From NCBI GenBank assembly GCA_973895155.1, contig OZ316899.1:2255573-2319572 (forward strand): DNA of 64,000 nt. Direction: 5' to 3'. Below are positions 45,003 through 55,724 of the stretch, one piece after another. The position numbers and the translations under genes are program-made. The notes under the pieces are model-generated. The model worked only from the letters and a program-made list of their open reading frames with translations, was not told where the DNA came from and ran no database searches. Each line of letters begins with the position of its first letter. Position 1 is the first letter of the stretch. This stretch comes from Marsupella aquatica. Its lineage: Eukaryota; Plantae; Marchantiophyta.

Positions 45003-47542
45003 GACTCACAAACAACTGGACAGGACTCAAGTCGTTTATAGGACTGCGAGTTGTATGTTTTGTTACTAAAATAGACTTAGTTGTTTTCAAAACTGAGGGC
45101 TTAGTTGTATAAGAGACTTGATTTTCCAGTCGTTTGTAGTCTTTCATACGGGCTGGATGGGTGAGTCATTTTCAACGACTAAAACAATGTTTGTAGGGTA
45201 GTCATTTTAAGTACTGTTTGGGTTGACAAAATGACTAAGAGAAATATCAAGGTCCGGTTCATGTAAGTCATTCATTCTAACTAGGAATGACCTGATAAGT
45301 ATGCACCAATAACATTCATACACATTCATTCATACATAGGTTGAACTCTATTTCACATTCAACTTGAACTCTATTGCACAAAGTGTACCTCCATACAATG
45401 TACACACATTCTGCATCAAACAAAACAGATTCAAACACCAAACACCATATATACAAATGGATACACAATTTCCACACTTGCTGCATAGATACATACATAG
45501 ATCACAAATGGCAGGAACACAAATGACAAAGAATAATTCATCCTACTTACCAAGTAAAATTGGTACATGATGTTTGCCTTGGATCTTCCTCCAAGTCAAT
45601 GCTGCAATCTAACATAATTACTATCTAATATTCTATCTACATTCCCACTCACTATGGAAAACAAACCTACTCTGATGGTCAGAGCTCAAGAATTCTCATT
45701 GCATCTGCAATTACATCCTGAGGTGGATCATAGTCATCATCATACTACCTATCACCAGGCATCCCTCGTCAATTACTCTGGCTCCTTCTAGGGTATCGAT
45801 TATGTGATTTTTCTTTAGCTACTTACCAACCTGGCACTTGATGTGGGCCCTGTGCATCCTGTATAGATTCATTCTTCTGTGAGCCCCCTGTATCCATGTC
45901 TTCATCCACATCTAATCCGTCCTCTTCACCCCACTGTCCAAGCCCCAAGTTTGACTCCATGTCATCACCTTTTTCCCCATAGCTTTTGCACTACATCCAC
46001 AACCAAATAGGGACAATAAAACATAACCCAATTTCATGGATGCATTTGGCCTACAAACAATTCATGTATGCTTGACTTTCCATGGCATCCCTTCTGTGTG
46101 TCACTTTATTCCATCCTACTGGACGACAAACACATGTCATCTATGGTCACCCTGTAAGACAATGCAACCAAGTTGACCATCCATCCATCCATATATCTCT
46201 CTTGCTTGACAATTACTTTATCACGCAAATTTCCCCTAACTAATGTCCATGCAAACAATTTAGGTTATTCAGATCACAAGCACGCTGTCACTAGAAGAAA
46301 ACTACCTTCTACACTCTTTACAATATTTAGTCTCACGAAACAATTAGTTTCACTAACAATTAGTGTCACACACTAATTAGGGGTATCCCTTGATTTTCAG
46401 TCAACTGACCAGAGGTTCAGACTGTTGCATACAAACAAGAGAAACTTTGACTCCGCTGCCAAATTCATACCTTCATACGTCTACCATTAATAGAGACGAC
46501 AAGGACTTCAAAAGTGAGTGCATCAAAAAAGTAAGCACATTTAATGTATCTCACCGCATACAAAGGCATAAAACATGTATTTAATGTGAGCTATAGGCTG
46601 CAAGTAGATAATGGACTCTACATTTAAAAAATAAGAAGAGATGTAGCCTAGTCCTAATAGGCCCCACCAAATCACAGAATTAAAGGAGCATGGACCACAA
46701 AAAAGCACTAGCCTATTGAACTTCAAAAACTAGCTACAAGAATTACCGAACTCAGCACAATGTTGTACAGAAAGAGAAGTTACCCCACTATTGTGGCATG
46801 GTTTGTACTACAGATGGACAGGCAAATGGATCACTCAACGCAAAATCTGAAGAGAAGTATTATTCTATAAACAGAAAATTAAAAGTAAATACAAACTGAT
46901 TCCTAAGAGGTGAGAAGGCTATATACAATGAACACAAAGTCCTAATGAATACATAAGACAATAGCAAAATGAAAAGTAATGATGTTTTGGCTTATTTCTA
47001 GATCTGTCTGATATACAAGAGACCTTTTCAACCATGGGTAAGGAAAGTTCTTTACTATATTTTTCACCTTGTATGATATCTATAAAACGATGTCATTGCT
47101 TCATCACCCTTTTGACAAAGTCCATGGAGCTGCGTACTGTGGTGCAGGTGGCATCATTGTAAGCAAAGTTTTTTCAAACTAAGAGCTCAATAGATGGTGG
47201 CGGCTGATAGAGAATTCTACAGAAAGGGACATTCTTCTCAATGTCCCAATAGGCCCCACGGGCTCAAAGAATCAAAGCGGAGTGGACAAAATACCCTACT
47301 TGCACAATGAGATACAAAACGTAGCTACGACAACAACCACAAATAGCACAAAAGACATTCTACAGAAAGAGAAGATTCAAACTAAACTTGTGGCAGGAGC
47401 TGGACTATATAATCAGTGTACTATAGGCCAAATTAGGATAGGTCTTTATCAACTATTGAGCTGCATTCTTTCTGATTTCTTATTTTCAGCATATATGATT
47501 CTATACAATGCTTCCGCCCTTCCGACTGATTATTGTTAGGAT

Positions 47543-50171
47543 TGTGATGCCAATGACATGGTCCTTATTTTGTAATCTGATTAAGTAGGTTGCTGTATGC
47601 AAGGAGTAGCTATTGATATTGCATAACAATTAGCAAGATGGCAAGAATAGGGGCAATCAGGGCGTTAAGAGTAGGGAAATAAAAGCTATGTCGCGGGTGG
47701 TCGACGACCATATCTCTTTCAATATGTCACCAAATCCGGATCTATAAAGAGCATTGGAAAGATCTGGTCAAGGCGAGTAAAATCGATATAAAACCATCTC
47801 CTTGTACCTGAGGATCACGAAGGGATGTTGTGAATGCCGATAAACACCAGTTTATGCCCTTAACACCAGACTATCATAGCAAGACTCTATCACACATCAC
47901 CCAAGCTCAATCCCAAGGAACCAAGGTTGGGGATCAGATCTGCGCTCATGATAGTTCTGGTGAGAAGGGGTCTTCATATCGGGCCCGTACACACAGCACT
48001 ATGGTGCGCAATAGGTCTATACATATGCTTACTGTCATAGGTATGTTTCTATTCCGCCGCCGGAATGTACCCATAAACCAGTGACTCCTGACTGATTCCC
48101 GGCTTAGGGACTTCTAAGCCATTGCCCCACCACTCTGCCATTCCACTCTCAACAATCAGAGCTATGACAGTCCTCACCCAACCCGCTTCAATGCACCCGG
48201 TACACCTCTCAGTGGCGCTGCTAGTTCCATCATACACTCAGATTGCCTCACACACACACACGTCCATGAGAGAAATGAGGCCTGAGAGGAAAACTCAATT
48301 AGATTCAAAGATGTGCACAATAGTTCACTGAGAACACTTGATCCAAATACTAGGGCCGAAGGCTGTCTCCTCCAGATTGTGACGTGCTTGCCCTGCAAGC
48401 CCCGTGCTTGCCATGCAAGCTCAATCCTGAACCTGAGCCCGGCTCACTCCAGATTGCGACGGCAGATTGGACTCAAACCAATCCCGTACTTGCCTTGCAA
48501 ACTCAATCCTGAACTCAACCTCCTTCACTGCACTTCATTCTTGGGGGCACATACAGATCTCACACCTCCAATTCAGAACGTCAAGTTACGCATGCATAGT
48601 TGACTCGACTTCAAAGCTGGTACCAGGCCTAACGGCGATCTACCCCAGACTGCAATGAGGCCCGGCCTCATGCTTGCCCTGCAAGCTCAGCTCTGGCCAT
48701 AGATCCCTTAGTGCTCTCCACCAGACAAAGGCCGGGACTCCCCATGGATCACGTAGCCTTGCCAGACTGAACTGTAAATGCTCCTCCTGCTGCCCCTTAA
48801 TCAGTACCTCAGCCTCCCTAATGTGCCCACCGCAAATCGAATTGAAATCCTCCCCACAGTTTACAATCACCAATACATCACCTATCACCAAGGCTCTGTA
48901 TCGGGGGAAAAGAACCCAGTTGTGCTGCCCACTAGAAAGAGCCACAATCCAGCTCGCAAACCTAGCAACCCGTTGCTGTGAAGCTTGGCTGATTACTCCC
49001 TGAGTAATAGCACAACCAAGCTCTCCCCAACACGCAGCGTCCAAGTCCAGCCTTGCTTGCACAGAGCTCCTCCCCGCTGCTCAGTCTAAGTGAGATCACA
49101 CAACTGAAGTCCCCCCCCCCTTGCCTCTACCGGGGGCTGCTCTATATACTCTCATACTGAGCCCAAATGGGTGGATACTACGCTGCTGGAGCCCCATCCC
49201 AGCCCTAACAGAGCCGCCACTATCTCTAACTATTGAACCCTAACTCGCAACTTTATTTCTATCTCGAATTGGCTATGTACTTCGGATTCGGCCCTCCTCC
49301 ATGGTTTTCGCGAGCTTGCGCCTCCTCTCCCGATTTCTCTATTTAACCATTTTCTGCGTGGATGGCAGCGTTGGAAGCGGCTTGAGCTCCTCTTTCCAAC
49401 GAGGTCAATTATAGCCGATTTGGTCAAATACACAGAGAGTTATGCCCCCGCAACCGAGAGGGGGTACTCACTGCTGCGCTAACCCGAGTTACATAGCTAA
49501 CCCGAGTTTGGCTAACCTAGCTATCCTATCTAACCCGAGTAGAGCTAACCCGTGGTCTCGGGTTAGGCCGCTACCCGCTATCCGCTAACCTAGCCTAAGC
49601 TGAGCCCGAATCCGAGCTTACCTATGCTAACCTGAGGCCGCGCTGACCTGAGCTAAGCTGAAGCCGTGTTGACCTGAGCTAAGCTGAAGCCGTGCTGACC
49701 TGAGCTAAGCTGAAGACGTTCTTACCTGAGCTAAGCTGAAGCCGTGCTTACCTAAGCTAAGCTGAAGCCGTGCTGACCTGAGCTAAGCTGAAGCCGTGCT
49801 CACATAAGCTAAGCCGTGGTTAACCCGAAACTGAAGCCGAATCCGCTAATTCCAGCCACAAGTTAACCCGTCACACTAATCAGGCCGTATCTTTCTTAAT
49901 ACACCTCCGTTTCTCGAGTGTTTTATATCGATTTTACTCGCCTTGACCAGATCTTTCCAATGCTCTTTACAGATCCGGATTTGGTGACATATTGAAAGAG
50001 ATATGGTCGTCGACCACCCGCGACATAGCTTTTATTTCCCTACTCTTAACGCCCTGATTGCCCCTATTCTTGCCATCTTGCTAATTGTTATGCAATATCA
50101 ATAGCTACTCCTTGCATACAGCAACCTACTTAATCAGATTACAAAATAAGGACCATGTCATTGGCGTCACA
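47543..50171 (-). mobile_element. E: LTR-like element with 252-bp terminal inverted repeats and 5-bp TSD AGGAT
   Basis: 47543-47794 is the reverse complement of 49920-50171 (2 mismatches seen); TG...CA ends; AGGAT at 47538-47542 and 50172-50176; interior shares motifs with D. Confidence 0.92.
49642..49797 (+). repeat. 26-bp tandem repeat, 6 copies plus a partial
   Basis: Unit GCTGACCTGAGCTAAGCTGAAGCCGT. Confidence 0.92.
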
Positions 50172-52756
50172 AGGATCAATGAATTATTCAGTTGGTCCTG
50201 TCATAAAGACAAGAAGGATACTAGGATTTGAGTCTCCACAAGGGAGAAGAACTAAGCAACGTACGGAGGACAAATGCGGTCAATGTCAAAATTCACAAAG
50301 AAATATTCTTTAGAAATGATAAATAATGCAGCTCACTAGGACTATGAGCAAGACCTGAACCCCTTGCTTCTAGACAAGACTAAAGTCCACACAAAAGTGC
50401 TCCTATCGTAGATTAGATACGTGGAGCTGCTATTCAATATGCTTCAAGAAAGGAATAAGGTGCGAAGTCTACAACCGAAGGAGCTAATTTGAAACAAATT
50501 TGTTTTCATAAACTTCAATGAGAGGTTCATTTCTCATGATTCTGGAACTTGTTCAGACGAGCCGGAAGAAGAGAAATGTAGAGAATAGAAGAGACTGAAT
50601 GGTATTGGTAGCTCAAATACCAAGGAGGGAGTGAACTTGCAAGTAGACGTCATAGTAGCACCTCGCTCAAACTCAGACAAATTCATGCAGCCAAAACCTT
50701 GTAGTAGCGGTGACGTTGTGTGATTGCAGCTCCTGCTAAGTCGATCAGCTGTACACAGACGTTGATTGCAGCTTTGTTTGCTTAGCACCTCACTCGATCA
50801 GCAGCTCAGCTCATTCAGGTTCATCCTCCGTTCAATTGATGAGGACCCCCAGTCACTATGGCCTTCCAATCGGTTCACCAAGCCTTGGAGCTCACTTGAC
50901 CCTAACGTACATTGAGTCGATCTGCACCACCGCTCACTCATCTTGCATCTTCAGTCTACACGTTAGGACAGATCCACGTTGATCCTCACTACATTATGAG
51001 GTTCAAGCTCCCTTCTAGCTATATGAGCAGGTCCCGGTCACGTGACCCCACTCAAAGTCGTAGCTCTTGAGCTCAGCTCCCTTGGCCAGCTCAAATGAGG
51101 TCCGCGATCCCAACGGCATGCAGCTTCACAGCTTGATCAATAAGTATAAACTAAACTCAGCAGTTCAGTTCAGCTCGGTTACAAACTTGGGCTCCCTCTC
51201 AGTTCATGAATAGCATCAGCACAGCGCAGCCCACCGCTTGCAACTAAAACTATTGTCAGTGCAACTCAGTCAAAGCAGCTCAGCCGCCTTAGCTTCACAC
51301 CGTAGCAAAAAATGATGAGACCAATAGCAATCACCACAAGGCTTCAAAATGGCGAGAGTGTGTTGTTCTCTCCCCAAACACATGAGCATAGAAAGCCAAA
51401 TGATGCCGCAACACTATCAGTCTCATTGGATCGACTAGCCGCACACTCTCACTGGATTGATCATCATTAACAAACTCAATAGCATAAACTTATCCCTTGC
51501 TCTTCTAGGTAAGCTTGCTCCTCACTCACAATCCCTCGCTCTTCAGGCAAGTCACTCACATTACCCACAGTTGATGCACATTCCTACTTGGTGACAAAAT
51601 GCATGCTCGATCTCCATTTTTGTGAGGACGCTATGTGCAAATTGAGTAACGGCTCCACGCAAAAGGAATCCAAGGTGCACTGATGCATTAAACCCTAAAC
51701 CCTTGCTTAATTAAAGCCCAATTTGTTTATGACCGTCGGATCCTTCTTTGATTAAACTGTTGATTGTGAAAGTGTTGTAGATTCTCTGCTCATGCACAAG
51801 TGATTTGCCGCTTGATTGTGCAACAATACTGAACACATTGAGCACAAACACATATCTAGCATCCATGGAGGGAAACAAGTAGTCCTGGTACTTTTATTTA
51901 TTTTAACATTTTATTATTTATTATATATATGTCGGCTTAGTAAGACCATCATGGGGATGGTTAAAAAGGTTCATAATAATTAATATGTAAATACTTCCAG
52001 GCCTAAACGTCATATAATGTGAATCTTCTTGAAAATATAAAAGTCCCAAATAAACCTTAAATCCACAATAAAGTAACTAACCTCATTCAAGTAGACATTG
52101 AGTTCCTTATTAAAGGTGTAGAAATTAATTGTAACATACTTTGAAAACATACTTCTTTTATGACTTCCTCATGACTTACACACAAAAGTCACATAAGTGG
52201 CTTTCAAACTAGTCACTAACCGGCCTTCCCGTTTGCTAGACACTCTGGAACCCTAAAGTTGAGCCGGCCCTTGCGGGAGAACCATAAAACGTAGCGTCCA
52301 AACTATCATCTCCCAACACCAATGAAGTAAATGTGCTGGTTCCCGCTCGTTGCCTCGCGATTGTAAACCCTCTCCACAAAACCTCCACTAGACAGGAAGG
52401 AAAATCCATTGAGCATAATACTAGGACTTACTATTTGGCAAAGACCCATGCACTTTTAACATGGAGGACAACTACTATGACACTCCGCCAAATCACTCTA
52501 AACACAATAAAGAAGCCAATTAATTAGTTGTGCAACCCCCCCCATTATCATTATCAATAGCCAACAATAAAACCAATGACATACTAGAGTGTTCACCCTT
52601 CAAAAAGTACCAAGGTTACATGTCATAGTCTTTTCATAAATCATTAAACATTGAAAGTCTTTTCTAGTGTTCATGTGAACCGGTACAATGGTTCCTAGTC
52701 GTTTAGAGTATGTAAAAAGGACTTAGTGGGCTTAGTCCTATAAGGTTCAGTCTAAA

Positions 52757-53220
52757 TTGCCCCGCTTTCTACTAGTGGTACCAACCTCCGGCATGAACAC
52801 GGCAATAGATTTCGCTACCACCAAAGGTGGGGATGGCGCGACCCAAGCCGAACTACTCAGTAATGAGGCCGGTATCCCAGATCCACCTCTTGAGCAAGCC
52901 GGGGAGGCCGTGGCCGAGGCTGAGGCCGTAGCCGAGGCTGATGTTGAAGCCGATACCGTTGCCGGGGGTGGACCCAGTCAGGCCGATGGAGAGTTGACTC
53001 AGTCAAGGGCCGGTAATCTATCAAAGAACAAACCTACGGCAGTGGCTGAGGTGGAAGCGTTGGGGGCGTCCACTGAGGAACAGCCACCGCTGCCATGATG
53101 GTGGTGGAGGGCCGCTCCTTTCAAGGAGGGCGAACGTGGAGGGAGGAGGCATGAGTGGGCAGGGCGGGCTCAGATCTCTAAGTTTAGGATTAGGATCAGG
53201 ACCAGGAGGCGGCCCTGACA
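52757..53220 (+). pseudogene. Acidic-then-basic ORF tail in the right part of C
   Basis: EAVAEAEAVAEADVEAD...PPLP*WWWRAAPFKEGERGGRR...RIRIRTRRRP, paralleling B 54600-54899. Confidence 0.5.
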
Positions 53221-54006
53221 CTTAGCTTAGTGGGATTGCGGTTCCACTGGTAAGAGCAACACTTGTACTCCTGCCTCGCTGTACATAGGTAGATCCAGTT
53301 AGGTAGATTAGGCTTACGCTGCAAAGAATTAGGCGGATCCACTACCAGGATAAGTACCTGGGCAGCGGGGAGATCAGGGCCTCTTCTTTAGCAAGTTTTT
53401 AGTTTGCACCAGCCGGGCTGGGATCAAGTAGTAAGAGAAGCTCTCAGTTAGTCATACAGTGACCCTTGTGTATATTCATGTTTCCTCATGCCTAAGAGCT
53501 GAATAGAGTTGGCCTCACGGCTTAGTTCGCAGAGCTTGTGTATGAGATGTACTGTTTGTATGGCAAGTGCATGGTATGACTAAGTCAGAATGAGTCATTT
53601 TCCTATTTGTGTGTCGCATTAACTTGTGTGAAGAGTGCCCACATCAACCAATAGAGGAAGGAAAGTAAGCAGGGGAGTGAGAGTTGGATGTGTCGAGCTG
53701 AGAGAGGTCTTAGCGGCTTAACCAAGCCTATTGGGGATCATTCCGGCGGCGGAATCCAAACATACCTAACAAGACGGAGGGGAAGACAAGGGAAGGCCTA
53801 GATTAGGCCGGCTACGTATCTCATGACCCGATGAAGGATCTGTCCAGTATATGTGTGTGTTAATAGTAATAGTAGTAGTAGAAGGTTAGCAGCGTCCCAT
53901 GCCGCTAAGCCGCGGAAACGGCCTCGCCAAGCGCGAAACCTGCGGGAATCGGCTTGAGCTGGGGGGTTTCTTGGGTTTAGGGAGCCATGGGACGCACCAC
54001 AAAAGC

Positions 54007-54800
54007 GAACTAGGTTGGAGAGACCAATCAAGATGGAATCCGGGCCAATTAGAGATCGGGCTATAGAAGATAAAAACATGACAGGGTGGGCGAACAGGTT
54101 ACCTGCCGATTTACAATTACAGTTCGCAAGAGATGAGGATGAGGTCTTCAGTGCCGTTCAGGATAACAAATATGCAGGATATATGAATGACACTGGGTTG
54201 GAGGGCTTTGTCAGGTTGCCTTGGAGAATGGTAGACATACCGGATGAGGATCTGTTGGACTTCGTGGGATGCTGGGAGGCTTCTTCCAACATAACGCTGC
54301 TGTATGGAAAGGTGTTCAAATTAACTCCTGCGCTTATCGAAGCCGTGCAGTTGGTGGCAGACTTGGCAAAGACGTTCATGGGGCCAGACGATAATAAAGT
54401 TAAAACCGTTAAAGCCACTCCGGAGGAAGTCGAGAGCATGGCTGCTCACATTTGTGGTACTGTGGCCCTGAAGGCAGCGGTGGTAGAGGTAAGTACTGCG
54501 GATCAACTTGGAGCTGCGGTAACAGGTTTAGACGATGGTACTGCTTCTATGGACACACAGAACGTGAAACCGTGGGTTATCGAGACCGAGCGCATCGGGG
54601 AAAAGGCTTGGATTGAGGAAGTTAAGGCAAAGGCTCTCCAAGCCGTTTCCCAGGAGGATGCGGATGCAGATGCAGATGCAGATGCCGATGCCGAGACCGA
54701 TGCCGGGGCCGGCAAAACAGAAGCCGAAGGGGTCGGGCCGGGGCCGATGGCAGGAGAAGGTGCAGAGTCAGAAGATTCGGACTTACCCCCGATCATCTGA
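54007..54800 (+). pseudogene. B accessory ORF, 3' LTR copy, core plus acidic tail (in-frame deletion junction near 54346)
   Basis: Matches 18348-18681, then switches to QLVADLAK...DADADADADAETD. Confidence 0.8.
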
Positions 54801-55724
54801 CAATTAAGGAGGGCCAGTCATCGGTTGGAAGGAGGACGTGGCGGCAAGAGAAGGGCGCGGGCCAGAAGGGCGCGGGCCAGAAGGGCGCGACTGTTGTAGG
54901 ATGGGACAGGGCAAGTAGCGCCCTGTCGGCTTAGATAGTAGTAGATGCTCGGTTCACACAGGGTTCCGGGCTATTCAAGTTTTTAGGTGATAGTTTTTTT
55001 TAGGATTATCGCGGTGGAAGGCCATGTGTGGTGGTTAGGATCTGTGTTGTTGTTTTTTAAAGCGCTGCAAGGATAAAACCTGGGCAGCGTGGTTTCAGGG
55101 GCTTTTTCTTAGTCAAGGCTTTAGTACGTGTTAATCTGTATTGTTGTAAACACAGGAAGCTCTCGGCTAAATCTAGACCGCAGGGTATCAGTAAACCACC
55201 AGTTCCCTTGGATTTCTGAGCAATTGTTTGAATTGAGTTGGCTTCGTTGCATAGTTTGCAGATTCTTGCCATCCAAGAAGTTGAGTGTTATGATATCTGT
55301 TGCTTGATCGATTAAAGTCAGATAGGGTGAACTGTTGAGCAAAATACAATCGCATTGCCTTGATTGGAGACTGCCCAAATCAAACTCTGAGAGAACAGTG
55401 AGGATTGAGAGTGTTAGTCGGTGAAGTGTGGGTTGAGTCAGTCTGAAAAAGACCTTCAGCCGGCTTAAGAAATTAAGCCGTAGAGGTACATTCCGGGGGC
55501 GAAATACAAATATACCTGAAGAAGTTAAAGAGGAATTAGGTGTCTCAGTTGTGCACAATTCACAAGCCCAGTGAAAGAATCGGTCCGGTAAGTGTGGACC
55601 CAAGGAGAGTATCGCGTTTCCAAGCTGAATAGCTGCCGTAAGGAAAGAGGACCGACATAACCAAGTGGTTTATGATCGGTTGAGGATAGTTCTCGGTGTT
55701 AGAGGTCTTGGGAACCGTGCCACA

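Larger units (their letters stand above)
45300..52680. other. AT-rich unassigned insertion inside C (boundaries approximate); possibly a decayed DNA transposon with exon-like remnants
   Basis: Composition shift; a 58-nt minus-strand segment at 45551-45608 is flanked by TTAG and GTAAGT; telobox AAACCCTA near 51690. Confidence 0.35.
41508..54001 (+). mobile_element. C: solo LTR, TSD AAAGC, carrying a nested insertion of about 7.4 kb
   Basis: Starts TATGATGCCTAGCC (TG mutated; C2 has TGTGATGCC), ends CACCACA; AAAGC at 41503-41507 and 54002-54006; no gag or pol. Confidence 0.88.
17601..55724 (+). mobile_element. B: decayed full-length non-chromovirus Ty3/Gypsy element, TSD TGTAG, hosting A and C
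   Basis: Both LTRs start TGTGATGCCGTGCC (17601, 40768) and end GTCTTGGGAACC(A/G)TGCCACA (34263, 55724); TGTAG at 17596-17600 and 55725-55729. Confidence 0.95.
40768..55724 (+). repeat. B 3' LTR (40768-41507 plus 54007-55724), split by C
   Basis: ACTCCAGCAAAGC|insert|AAAGCGAACTAGG restores the 5' LTR sequence. Confidence 0.93.

Noticed and set aside
45256-52682. CCGGTTCA / TGAACCGG as TIRs delimiting the AT-rich insert
   Set aside because: Only 8 bp and no matching TSD; no convincing Helitron hairpin-CTRR end was found either
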